This document shows positions 17,885-26,789 of a stretch of 64,000 bases of DNA, in pieces. This DNA is from an uncultured Candidatus Saccharibacteria bacterium. GTDB lineage: Bacteria > Patescibacteriota > Minisyncoccia > UBA6257 > 2-01-FULL-56-20. The stretch covers positions 1,099 through 65,098 of the forward strand of contig CAYLWL010000001.1 in assembly GCA_964387675.1 (NCBI GenBank), given 5' to 3'. The notes beneath the pieces were generated by a model. The model was not told where the DNA came from. It did no database searches and saw nothing but the letters and a program-made list of their open reading frames with translations. Both the position numbers and the translations under genes were made by a program. How positions within the stretch are numbered: position 1 is the first letter of the stretch; every line of letters begins with the position of its first letter.

Positions 17885-18256
17885 TTACCTTTTGCCCTTA
17901 AGAGTTAGTACGCTGGATCCGATTATCTTGGAAATTTCTTCAGCTTCCCGGTAAAGGGGTGCTGCCGCAGAACCGATCTCCGGCTTACTTTCTTGCACGA
18001 CAGTCAACCAATACTTAGTTTCGTTTGCAGATTTCAGCGCTATCTCAAAAAATTTGATGTAATCTCTTCTTGAGCTTGAAGATTTAGCTTCGGTAACGTT
18101 CGCGCCGACAGAACTAGCACTCCTGATTAATTGGTCGCTAAGCGACCACAAACTTCTATGCACGCCCAACTTTTCGCAAAAAGATATAATATCTACCGAA
18201 AACCGAATTAATCTCTTAGTAAAATCCTCTTTAAATTTTGCTTTTTCATTTTGCAT
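17885..18256 (-). CDS. Four-helix-bundle protein (23S-rRNA-IVS / Avd family)
   Basis: SDQLIRSASSVGANVTEAKSSSSRRDYIKFFEIALKSANETKYWL matches the family consensus (SQ..R...SI..NIAEG ... F..iA.gS..E). Confidence 0.7.
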   Translation of the reverse strand: MQNEKAKFKEDFTKRLIRFSVDIISFCEKLGVHRSLWSLSDQLIRSASSVGANVTEAKSSSSRRDYIKFFEIALKSANETKYWLTVVQESKPEIGSAAAPLYREAEEISKIIGSSVLTLKGKR

Positions 18257-18281
18257 TTTGACTTTTGATTCTTGATCTTCT

Positions 18282-18761
18282 TCAAACGTGCCTGTCGGCC
18301 ACGTTCGACGCCGCGTAACTCTCCGGCTTCGTTTTCGGCTCGAAGTTATTTGCCCGAATGATGGAAACCACCTCCTGAATCATTTGCTTCGTCGGGCCGT
18401 TCTCGCCGATGTCGGCGTGAATTTCGAAAGAAAAAACCGGGAGGTCAAACTTTTTGAGTTCCGAAAGCACTTCTTTCGCGATATCGAGCGATACCAAAAC
18501 CTCGCGTATGATCCTGTCGCGGAGCGTGTGCATTTTGTCGAGTTCGAATCTTCGCCAAAAATACCTGCCGCCGTTCCCGATCCGGTGCACCACAACGGCC
18601 GTAACGAAATCGGCCCGGTTGCCGCTCAAAAGCTCCGAATCGGTGCCGATGGTCACTTTGTACTTTCTCAAGGGTTCCGTTCGCATGAACGCGATAACCT
18701 CGGCGACCACTTCGGGAACCGTGAGGCGCAATCCCAATGAACTGTGAAGAAATTCGGGCAT
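18282..18761 (-). CDS. DUF458/YkuK-like RNase H-fold protein
   Basis: MPEFLHSS...KVTIGTDSE...FVTAVVVH pattern. The first ATG of the ORF (18803) may not be the true start. Confidence 0.45.
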   Translation of the reverse strand: MPEFLHSSLGLRLTVPEVVAEVIAFMRTEPLRKYKVTIGTDSELLSGNRADFVTAVVVHRIGNGGRYFWRRFELDKMHTLRDRIIREVLVSLDIAKEVLSELKKFDLPVFSFEIHADIGENGPTKQMIQEVVSIIRANNFEPKTKPESYAASNVADRHV

Positions 18762-18863
18762 GAATATTGTGGTAATAGTATGTTTTGCTTGACAAAATGT
18801 CAAACTCCTCTTGCGTAAAAAAAGATTATCTGGTAGTATGCCATTAGCTTTTATGAACGGTCA

Positions 18864-19235
18864 ATGGAGGTCGGCATGCACTACAGAGATCAAACGCTCC
18901 CGACAGAAACAGAATCCCCGAATCCGAAAACAGAAACGAGAGTTGAGGAGGAAAAGATAAGGCGCGTTCTCACAGAGTGGTTGGAAAGGATGCTGCGCAA
19001 TTTCCGAACACTGCGCGGCTGTTCGACGGATGCTCATATCGATTGCCCGGGCTGCGCCAACCTAAGAGCGATCTCGTATCAACACGGCGGTTGGTCTTGT
19101 CTATACCGATGCGGCTTCGAATTCCCGAAGCACATAATGCCTCCGTCTCCGGAAGAACTGGAGCGCGAGTGGAAAAGAAGGCGAGAAGAGAGTAGGGTCA
19201 ATCAGCTTGAGCGTATCGCGGGAGTCAAGATCTAG
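18864..19235 (+). CDS. Hypothetical zinc-ribbon protein
   Basis: Four cysteines spaced as CPGC...C...C. 123 aa. Confidence 0.35.
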   Translation: MEVGMHYRDQTLPTETESPNPKTETRVEEEKIRRVLTEWLERMLRNFRTLRGCSTDAHIDCPGCANLRAISYQHGGWSCLYRCGFEFPKHIMPPSPEELEREWKRRREESRVNQLERIAGVKI

Positions 19236-19317
19236 CGCCGCGAAACTGTTCAACGCCCGGTCACCCGACTGGGCATCAATTTTTTTATTAAAATTGTTTC
19301 CGATTGAAATTAAAATC

Positions 19318-19360
19318 ATTTCCGTTATAACATAATATTATGTTATAACGGAAACGATTT
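19318..19360. terminator. Perfect 17-bp-arm palindrome between convergent genes (bidirectional terminator or operator)
   Basis: ttccgttataacataat|attatgttataacggaa. Confidence 0.55.
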
Positions 19361-19381
19361 TTCTTTTCTTTACTCCAATCC

Positions 19382-20833
19382 CTAATCCAACGAACTAAGA
19401 TTAACCGCCAACTCGTCTTTCCAAATCATTTCTGGGTAGCTCTCAAGGAGCGTTCTCGCGTATTTCTTCCGCTCGTCGTATGTTTTTTGGTCCCGCGCCT
19501 CAAACTTTACGGTGATATAGGGGCCGTTTTGCGAGTAACGAAAAATCATCATCCCGTCGTCAAAATCGGCGCGGGTTCCGTCGTCGTCCGGAATAACGGC
19601 GGCGTCCGTAATCTTCGCTTGTGGGAAGTCGTTTTTGAACTTAACGGAGAGATCTCGAATAACCTCGACCTTCTTTTCGTCAGGACAACCAATCTTAATC
19701 TCTGGAGAAGAAATATATTTAGGGAATCCCTCGTACAACTGGCTCAAGGATACGTTTTTATCCGAAAGATATTCGAGCACGCGCAATACCGCGTACGTTC
19801 CGTCATCATAGCCATAGGCATTGTCGGCGAAAAAGAAGTGCCCCGACAGCTCTCCTCCGAATACCGCATGCTCTTCGGCGATTTTCGCTTTAATGAAGGG
19901 GTAGCCCACGCGCCACATAATCGGCACTCCGCCATTTTCTTCAATCACTTTCGAGGTAAGTTGAGAGCAAAGCGTGTTGTGGATAATTTTCGATTTCGGG
20001 AAACGTTCAAGAATTTCTTTGGCAAAGATGGCAACAAGCACATCATTCCATAAAATATTGCCTTTTTCATCAACAATGCCAACACGGTCGCCGTCGCCGT
20101 CGAATGCGACACCGAAGTCGGCGCCTTCTTTGAGCACCTCGTCCCGGACGCGCTCCATCACAACAGTCGCGGTGGGGTCGGGCGTGCCGATCGGAAAATG
20201 CCCGTCGGGTTCAAGATTCTTGCCGATAACCTCGCAACCGGCCCGCTCAAAGATTTTTGGGTTGAATAATCCGGTTGTCCCCCTCCACGCGTCAACGACA
20301 ACCTTAAACTTTTTCTTGAGGCGCACGCGTTTCAACACGTCGCGGGCATAATCTTCGAGAAATTCTTCGCGCTTCGAACCCTCGAGTTTCGTGACCGCGC
20401 CTTGCTCTTCGGACTTAAAAAACGTTTCGTCCCCGGTGATCCTGCGTATTTCTTGAACGTCTTCTATTTCGGTATTGCGCGAGAATCCCGTTGCCAGCTT
20501 GAATCCGTTGTAGTTCCACGGGTTGTGGGAGGCGGTGATCATCACTCCTCCGTTCGTCTGGAACCGGTATTGCCCGAAATAAGACATCTGCGTCATAACC
20601 ATCCCCAGGTCGATAACATCTATTCCCATTGCCAGCATTCCTTTCGTGAAAGCCGAATTATATTCCTCGCTGCTCAAGCGACAATCGTGTCCAATAACGG
20701 CTTGTCTGATTTTTCTCCGGCGCAGGAACGTGCCATAGGCCTTTCCGATGGCCTCCACTTTCTCGCAGTCCAAATCCACGCCGGCGATCCCCCGTATGTC
20801 GTAATTTCTAAAAATGTATGGGTTTATTTTCAT
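19382..20833 (-). CDS. Phosphoglucomutase/phosphomannomutase (alpha-D-phosphohexomutase)
   Basis: Active-site loop TASHNPWNYNGFKL. Metal-binding loop DGDGDR. Confidence 0.8.
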   Translation of the reverse strand: MKINPYIFRNYDIRGIAGVDLDCEKVEAIGKAYGTFLRRRKIRQAVIGHDCRLSSEEYNSAFTKGMLAMGIDVIDLGMVMTQMSYFGQYRFQTNGGVMITASHNPWNYNGFKLATGFSRNTEIEDVQEIRRITGDETFFKSEEQGAVTKLEGSKREEFLEDYARDVLKRVRLKKKFKVVVDAWRGTTGLFNPKIFERAGCEVIGKNLEPDGHFPIGTPDPTATVVMERVRDEVLKEGADFGVAFDGDGDRVGIVDEKGNILWNDVLVAIFAKEILERFPKSKIIHNTLCSQLTSKVIEENGGVPIMWRVGYPFIKAKIAEEHAVFGGELSGHFFFADNAYGYDDGTYAVLRVLEYLSDKNVSLSQLYEGFPKYISSPEIKIGCPDEKKVEVIRDLSVKFKNDFPQAKITDAAVIPDDDGTRADFDDGMMIFRYSQNGPYITVKFEARDQKTYDERKKYARTLLESYPEMIWKDELAVNLSSLD

Positions 20834-20897
20834 ATCTGATCTTGTCTCTAAATAATACCATTTGAATCAATGCGTTTTTTGAGGTTAAATAGATGTA

Positions 20898-22994
20898 ATG
20901 GCGACCAAAGGAAAAAGTGGAGGTGACGAAAGATCGTCGAATCCAAAAATACAAAAAGAACATCGGCTCCACCCCGACGCCGAAAAAAGCATCTGGGCAA
21001 TCGCGCTTTTCGTTCTCGCCGTCATTCTCACGCTCGCTTTTTGGGGAAAAGCGGGACTGGTCGGAGCATACTCGTACGAACTGCTCTCCGCGCTTTTGGG
21101 GTGGGGATATTTGATCTTGCCGGCCGCGTTTTTGCTCACCTCCATCATATTCTTAACCTCCGAACGGCAGCATATCGTCGGCCTCACGCTCTCCGGCGCG
21201 GGACTTTTGATCGTATCCGTCTTGGGGCTTATAGAAATAACCTCTCCGGCGCACGGCGGCTGGCTGGGACTGGCGTTGGGATCGCTGCAATATCTCTTCG
21301 GACAAGCGGCTGCGGTCATCGTAAACGGGGGTCTCGTGGCGATATCCGTTATTGTCATTTTGAACGTTCCCTTGCGGATCACATGGCCTGAAAAAAATAA
21401 ACCATCCCGGCTCGAAGTATCCGTAGCGAAGGCCGCAACCTCCGAGCGCGAAGAAGAGGGCGAAGACGAAACAGGCGGCGACGAAGAGGAAAAACAATCC
21501 GAGGACGAACTAGAAATAAAAGAGGGCGCGTCGGCCATCCCGCCAAAAACGAAAAAATCAGCCGCAAAAACATTGCCCAATTATGTGGCGCCTCCGCTTG
21601 CGCTCCTCAAGTCCGCGAGCGATAAGCCGACGACCGGAGACCTTTTGGCGAATGCCAATATCATCAAACGAACGCTCGACAGCTTCGGCATACCCGTCGA
21701 AATGGGCGAGATCAACGTGGGGCCGGCCGTTACGAGGTACACTCTGAAGCCCGCCGAAGGGGTCAAACTTTCGAGAATCACGGCCTTGAATCAAGACCTG
21801 GCTTTGGCGCTTGCGGCGCATCCCATAAGAATCGAGGCGCCGATTCCCGGCAAGTCCCTCGTCGGCATCGAAGTTCCAAACAAAACGGCGGCCCTGGTGC
21901 GGCTCGGATCTCTGATGGGCTATCCTGAATTTCAAAAGTCCGGCCCCTTGGGCTTTGTGCTGGGGCGGGACGTTTCCGGCGAACCGGTTTTTGCCGACGT
22001 CGAAAAAATGCCGCACCTCCTCGTCGCCGGAGCAACGGGGAGCGGCAAGTCCATTTTGATACACTCGCTTATTATTTCTCTGCTCTATAAAAACTCGCCG
22101 GAGACGTTGAAGCTGATTCTCGTCGATCCGAAAAGAGTCGAACTCTCCCTATATGAAGGGCTCCCGCATCTCGTGAGCCCCGTCATCATCGAGAGCAAAA
22201 AGGCGGTTGGGGTTTTTCGGTGGGCGATCGCCGAGATGGAGCGAAGATATGACGTCTTGCTCCAAGCCGGCAGCCGCGACGTCAAAAGCTACAACGCGAG
22301 CGCCGGGAAAAACAATCCCCTGCCGTATCTTTTAATCGTTATCGACGAATTGGCCGATTTGATGACTTCCTATGGCCGGGAGGTGGAGGGATCGATTGTG
22401 CGGCTCGCGCAGATGGCGAGGGCAACCGGGCTCCACCTCGTGCTCTCCACTCAACGGCCGTCGGTCGAGGTGATCACCGGGCTCATCAAAGCGAATATCA
22501 CGAGCCGAGTCGCGCTTCAGGTCGCAAGCCAAATCGATTCGAGAACCATCATCGACACTTCGGGAGCCGAAAAGTTGCTCGGCCACGGCGACCTCTTGTA
22601 TATCGCATCCGATCTCTCGAAGCCGAAAAGAATCCAAAGCTCCTATCTCACCGAAGAAGAAATGAAGAAGGTCACCGAATTCATAAGAGACAACAACGGG
22701 ACTCCGGAAGAGTCGGAAGGGGTGAGTTTTGAAGAAACTCCGGGCGCTTCGCCGGTTAATTTCGACGAGTATCTGGAAGACGAAGAAGACGAGCTGTACG
22801 ACGAGGCCGTGCAAATCGTTTCTCAAGCGCAAAAAGCTTCGGCTTCGCTCTTGCAAAGGCGACTGAAGGTGGGGTATGCTCGAGCGGCGCGGCTCTTGGA
22901 CCTTATGGAGGCGAAAAATGTCATCGGTCCGGGAGACGGCGCGAAGCCGAGAGAAGTGTTTATGGACCGGATACCACCCGGGGATATGGTATAA
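20898..22994 (+). CDS. ftsK: DNA translocase FtsK/SpoIIIE
   Basis: N-terminal transmembrane helices. Walker A GATGSGKS. C-terminal gamma domain (LLQRRLKVGYARAARLLDLME). Confidence 0.85.
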   Translation: MATKGKSGGDERSSNPKIQKEHRLHPDAEKSIWAIALFVLAVILTLAFWGKAGLVGAYSYELLSALLGWGYLILPAAFLLTSIIFLTSERQHIVGLTLSGAGLLIVSVLGLIEITSPAHGGWLGLALGSLQYLFGQAAAVIVNGGLVAISVIVILNVPLRITWPEKNKPSRLEVSVAKAATSEREEEGEDETGGDEEEKQSEDELEIKEGASAIPPKTKKSAAKTLPNYVAPPLALLKSASDKPTTGDLLANANIIKRTLDSFGIPVEMGEINVGPAVTRYTLKPAEGVKLSRITALNQDLALALAAHPIRIEAPIPGKSLVGIEVPNKTAALVRLGSLMGYPEFQKSGPLGFVLGRDVSGEPVFADVEKMPHLLVAGATGSGKSILIHSLIISLLYKNSPETLKLILVDPKRVELSLYEGLPHLVSPVIIESKKAVGVFRWAIAEMERRYDVLLQAGSRDVKSYNASAGKNNPLPYLLIVIDELADLMTSYGREVEGSIVRLAQMARATGLHLVLSTQRPSVEVITGLIKANITSRVALQVASQIDSRTIIDTSGAEKLLGHGDLLYIASDLSKPKRIQSSYLTEEEMKKVTEFIRDNNGTPEESEGVSFEETPGASPVNFDEYLEDEEDELYDEAVQIVSQAQKASASLLQRRLKVGYARAARLLDLMEAKNVIGPGDGAKPREVFMDRIPPGDMV

Positions 22995-23050
22995 AATCCT
23001 AAGCACTCAATCCTAAACAAATTCCAAGATTGTGGCTTGTTTAGAATATG

Positions 23051-23179
23051 GATCCCTCACCTTTCGAGGATTAATATCTTCTGGGCGAGGCCTTCAACAA
23101 AACAATGATATTCCGCAATAAAAAGTCGTGGAAATTAGATCAACGAGGTTGCCGCCGCGCAATCCTCGAAAGGTGAGAG
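23051..23179. repeat. MITE-like repeat family L2, copy B, abutting the rodZ-like start codon
   Basis: Terminal inverted repeats gatccctcacctttcgaggatt ... aatcctcgaaaggtgagag, followed immediately by ATG 23180. Confidence 0.8.
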
Positions 23180-23830
23180 ATGGACGATCAAAACTTTTTT
23201 TCTTTTCTCAATGGTCGCATCAAGGATAAGGGGCTCAACCTCAAAAAGATTTCCGAGCTCTCGGGGATCTCTTTGAAACACCTGGAGGCACTCGGCCGAG
23301 AAGATTTTTCGGCGATGCCGCCGGCGCCGTATTTTCGGGGATATCTCATAAAACTCGGGGAAATATTGGATTTCGATCCCGATCCGTGGTGGTCAAAAAT
23401 AAAAAGCGCCGGCGCCGTGAGAAATTCGGGGGAGGAAGACGCTCCTCCCCGGAATCGGTTCATCAAGCCCCAGTTCCTGAAATTCATCTGGGCCGCGATC
23501 GTCGGGCTTGTTGTTTTGCTGTACATCTCGCTCCAATCTTCAAGAATCCTTGGCAAGCCAAACATTCAAGTGGTGTATCCCGAGACAAATCCGGCCGTTG
23601 CGGCGAGCAACACCATAACGCTCAAGGGGAGCGTTTCCAACTGGAACGAACTCACGCTGAACGGCGAGCCGATATCGGTTAGTCGCGACGGGGAGTGGGA
23701 AAAAATCGTGCTTCTGGAGCCGGGCCTCAACTCCCTCGAACTAAAAGCTAAAAAGTTCCTGGGGGGCGAGATCAAGGTGATAGAGCAGATCATATACCAA
23801 CCCACCAGTACTATTGGGGCTTCTTCATAA
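23180..23830 (+). CDS. RodZ-like helix-turn-helix membrane protein
   Basis: N-terminal HTH (LKKISELSGISLKHLEALGRED), a single transmembrane helix, and a C-terminal beta domain. Confidence 0.5.
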   Translation: MDDQNFFSFLNGRIKDKGLNLKKISELSGISLKHLEALGREDFSAMPPAPYFRGYLIKLGEILDFDPDPWWSKIKSAGAVRNSGEEDAPPRNRFIKPQFLKFIWAAIVGLVVLLYISLQSSRILGKPNIQVVYPETNPAVAASNTITLKGSVSNWNELTLNGEPISVSRDGEWEKIVLLEPGLNSLELKAKKFLGGEIKVIEQIIYQPTSTIGASS

Positions 23831-23842
23831 CCACTGTTTATG

Positions 23843-23998
23843 ATTGCGCCCCGCGCAGTCCTTTCGGAAACAGCCTCGATTTGCTCCAGCGGCAAATCGG
23901 ACTTCGCTCTCGGCGAAAAACCGAGCACATAACGCCTATGTGCTCGGACCAATCTTTTTCGCCTCCGAGATATTCCTCAAGAACAGCGCGAGGCTCAC
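23843..23998. repeat. Structured repeat R1, copy 1 (inverted relative to 29557-29712)
   Basis: Its reverse complement aligns with 29557-29712 (for example ctcggtttttcgccgagagcga.gcccgatttgccgctggagcaaatcgagg). It contains an 11-bp hairpin ccgagcacata-acgcc-tatgtgctcgg. Confidence 0.75.
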
Positions 23999-24051
23999 CC
24001 TACCATCACGACTCCCGGAGCATTGCCTTCATGTGCCGATAAATCACGTAC

Positions 24052-24198
24052 CATAAGTCCTTACGCGCGGCTCTTCGGCCGAGCTGGCAGGGTGCCGAGC
24101 ACATAATGCGTTATGTGCTCGGCGAGCGAGGACGAAGCGCCAGCGAGAAGTCGCGCTGGGACTTCGAGCGGTAGCGGAAGGGCTTGTGGTACGAGATC
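24052..24198. repeat. Structured repeat R2, copy 1, directly upstream of recA
   Basis: It aligns with 27953-28096 (gcgcggctcttcg...gccagcga.aa.tc.cgctggg.a.tt.gagcggtagc.gaagg.cttgt). Includes a 12-bp hairpin ccgagcacataa-tgcg-ttatgtgctcgg. Confidence 0.75.
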
Positions 24199-24236
24199 TC
24201 TTGACTCTCTTTCGGAATGTCATAAAATTAACTACA

Positions 24237-25262
24237 ATGACTCCGCAACCAAAAAAGCCCAGGGACGAAAACAGCAAAGAACTCGACAATCTTCTCTCTG
24301 CGCTTCAAGGAAAGTTCGGCGAGGGCGCGATCATGAAGCTCGGAGAAGCAAGAAAGGTTGACGTCGCCGTGGTTCCCACCGGTTCTTTCTCGCTCGATCT
24401 CGCGCTCGGCGTCGGCGGCCTGCCGCGCGGAAGAATCGTGGAAATTTTCGGCCCGGAAGGGAGCGGGAAGAGCACTCTCGCGCTGAACGTCGTGGCCCAG
24501 GCGCAGAAGCAGGGCGGCAAAGCCGCGTATATCGACGCCGAACACGCGATGGATCCCGAATACGCCGCGCGCCTCGGCGTGAATATCCACGAACTTTTGA
24601 TTTCCCAGCCGTCAAGCGGCGAGGAGGGTCTTAATATTTTGGACAGCTTGGTGCGTTCCGGCATGATCTCGGTTGTCGTCGTGGACTCCGTCGCGGCCTT
24701 AACTCCGCAAGCGGAGCTTGAAGGCGAAATGGGCGAACAGCACGTGGGGCGGCAGGCGCGGATGATGGGACAGGCCCTCCGCAAGCTCACCGCGATCGCC
24801 GCGAAAACGCAGACACTTATTATTTTCATAAACCAGATCAGAATGAAGATTGGCGTGATGTTCGGTTCACCCGAAACGACGCCGGGCGGCAGAGCGCTCC
24901 CGTTTGCGGCATCCGTCCGCATCGACGTGCGCCGCATCGCGCAAGTGAAGAAGGGCGAAGAAACCGTCGGCAGTCGGGTGAAGGCGAAAGTGGTGAAAAA
25001 CAAAGTCGCGCCGCCTTTCAGGCAGGCGGAGTTCGATATTATGTTCGGCCAAGGTATCTCGTATGAGGCGGACGTGCTGAACGCGGCGATCAATCGCGAT
25101 GTCGTAAAAAAATCCGGCGCGAGCTACAGTTTCGGCGGAGAAAAACTGGGGAGCGGCTTCGATAATGTCCGCGAAAAACTGAAGGGAGAGAAAAGGATTT
25201 TGAACGAGATCAAGAAAGCGGTCATTGCGGCTATCAAGGACGCGGAAACGAAGGACAAGTGA
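24237..25262 (+). CDS. recA: Recombinase RecA
   Basis: Walker [13 protein letters not shown], and loop motifs typical of RecA. Confidence 0.9.
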   Translation: MTPQPKKPRDENSKELDNLLSALQGKFGEGAIMKLGEARKVDVAVVPTGSFSLDLALGVGGLPRGRIVEIFGPEGSGKSTLALNVVAQAQKQGGKAAYIDAEHAMDPEYAARLGVNIHELLISQPSSGEEGLNILDSLVRSGMISVVVVDSVAALTPQAELEGEMGEQHVGRQARMMGQALRKLTAIAAKTQTLIIFINQIRMKIGVMFGSPETTPGGRALPFAASVRIDVRRIAQVKKGEETVGSRVKAKVVKNKVAPPFRQAEFDIMFGQGISYEADVLNAAINRDVVKKSGASYSFGGEKLGSGFDNVREKLKGEKRILNEIKKAVIAAIKDAETKDK

Positions 25263-25451
25263 ATGCGGCGCGGACAAGAAGGCGGATTGTTGACAAATTT
25301 CCCAAAACAGAATAAGCTTATAAAGATATGAACGGCAAAAAACTTATCTCTCCGAAATATTATTTTTGGTTTATACTCAAACCTCTTTCAAGGAAGGGCT
25401 TTTTGCCGAGCGCGAACTAAGTAGCTACAGGAGGAAACTCCCATAAAGCAA

Positions 25452-25480
25452 AAACCTCTTCCCCGGAAGAGGTTTTTGCT
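25452..25480 (+). terminator. Intrinsic terminator after recA
   Basis: aaacctcttccccggaagaggttttt: a hairpin followed by a T-run. Confidence 0.6.
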
Positions 25481-25511
25481 TCTTCCGGGGCACCTTGAAA
25501 GGAGGTTGGCT

Positions 25512-26378
25512 ATGGGAAAGGACTATGACTTGCTTCTCTCGGACGACATCGCGTTAGACATTGTGGCAGAACGCAGGATTGCCGCAGAAGATGTCCAATG
25601 GAAGTTCTTGGCGAAAGCCGGAGTGGTAGGGGGAGGACTTACGAAACTCCTCCGGGAACTTGGCGCGATCGCGCCAGGAAAGTACGAACAAAAGACGATC
25701 GCTCGGCTTCTTGGGGCGGGCAAGAACATCTCGTTCCTCTCGGTCGTCTGTCCCGACTACGCGACGCGCGAAGAGAAAGGCACGATGCGCTACACGTTCG
25801 ATTCGCTCGGCGAGGGCGTCGGCGTCGTTGCCGGTCGGGCGCTTGAGGTGCACGCCCGCCTCGCGAAGTTTTTCGCGGAGCATGAGGCGTCGGCAAGGGT
25901 GAGTTTTACTCTCGCGATGGCAGATCAGGAAGCGAGCGAGGAAAACTGCGGACGGGTCGGCATTGATCGCGACGAATTCACGAGAAGACTGCGAAAAAGC
26001 CAGGAGGCGCTCGGTGATCAGGCCAAATCTCTCGGCGTCACCCTCGAAACTCCTCTCCTCTCCGAAATCGACCCTCCCCGCTGGGAAACAGCTCGACGCG
26101 AAGCGAAAGAAATGCTCGGGCGAGTGTCTCCCGGACTTCTCGAGTCCGCGCGGAGGGTCCGCCATCTTTTCTACGACCGATGGGCCGGACGGCGGCTTGA
26201 AAACAGTGAAGCGATGGCGATGCTCCTCACGCAAGTCGAAGAATACATTGCCGTCGGCAGGTACCTCGCCGAAGACGGACGGGTGATTCTGGGCCTGGAT
26301 GCGCCCGTTATGGCCCCCTTTGTGCGTCATGGTGCGAGCGGAACGCCGGTCATCTATTTCGAACGACCGGAGTACTAA
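25512..26378 (+). CDS. Hypothetical protein (higher-GC gene)
   Basis: Strong SD (aaggagg) 7 nt before ATG 25512. A 289-aa ORF with no recognised motif. Confidence 0.4.
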   Translation: MGKDYDLLLSDDIALDIVAERRIAAEDVQWKFLAKAGVVGGGLTKLLRELGAIAPGKYEQKTIARLLGAGKNISFLSVVCPDYATREEKGTMRYTFDSLGEGVGVVAGRALEVHARLAKFFAEHEASARVSFTLAMADQEASEENCGRVGIDRDEFTRRLRKSQEALGDQAKSLGVTLETPLLSEIDPPRWETARREAKEMLGRVSPGLLESARRVRHLFYDRWAGRRLENSEAMAMLLTQVEEYIAVGRYLAEDGRVILGLDAPVMAPFVRHGASGTPVIYFERPEY

Positions 26379-26383
26379 CTAAG

Positions 26384-26420
26384 CCGGTTCGCGTATGAAT
26401 TCATACGCGAACCGGCCCCA
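26384..26420. terminator. 15-bp-stem palindromic hairpin
   Basis: gccggttcgcgtatgaattcatacgcgaaccggc. Confidence 0.5.
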
Positions 26421-26432
26421 CAATTTCCAAAC

Positions 26433-26789
26433 ATGAAACAAAAATCAAAAAAGTTCGTTATTAATGGCGGCACGCGTGGCATCATATACCCCGATCACCC
26501 TCGCGGCGAACACACGATCGCAAAAATCATCATGAACGGAACATATCCGGTCGCGGGATATTCGATCAATCAAAAGTGCAGCGAAACGATACTGATGCTT
26601 TCCGGAATCTTTCGCGTCAGAACCAACAATACGATTCGCGAAATCAGACCGGGAGACATTCTCGTAATCCTGCCCAAAACAAAATATCGCGTTGAAGGCA
26701 GAGGCGAAGCGCTCGATATTATTACGCCCGCTTGGGACAAAAAACAAAACAATATCGTTCCCGACAAAAGCTTCACCATAAGGCCATGA
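26433..26789 (+). CDS. Cupin-domain protein
   Basis: 118 aa with a beta-rich cupin-like pattern. ATGA overlap with the downstream gene. Confidence 0.45.
   Translation: MKQKSKKFVINGGTRGIIYPDHPRGEHTIAKIIMNGTYPVAGYSINQKCSETILMLSGIFRVRTNNTIREIRPGDILVILPKTKYRVEGRGEALDIITPAWDKKQNNIVPDKSFTIRP

Noticed and set aside
23844-24056. Short ORFs of 70 and 96 aa, conserved between the two R1 repeat copies (this one, and 29501-29791)
   Set aside because: Their similarity follows from the nucleotide repeat. The differences sit in a hairpin and preserve base-pairing rather than the amino-acid sequence. They lack start contexts.
25440-25500. A riboswitch-like mutually exclusive pairing (ccccggaag / cttccgggg) after the recA terminator hairpin
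   Set aside because: It is more simply explained as an intrinsic terminator with a T-run. The second pairing is short and could be coincidental.
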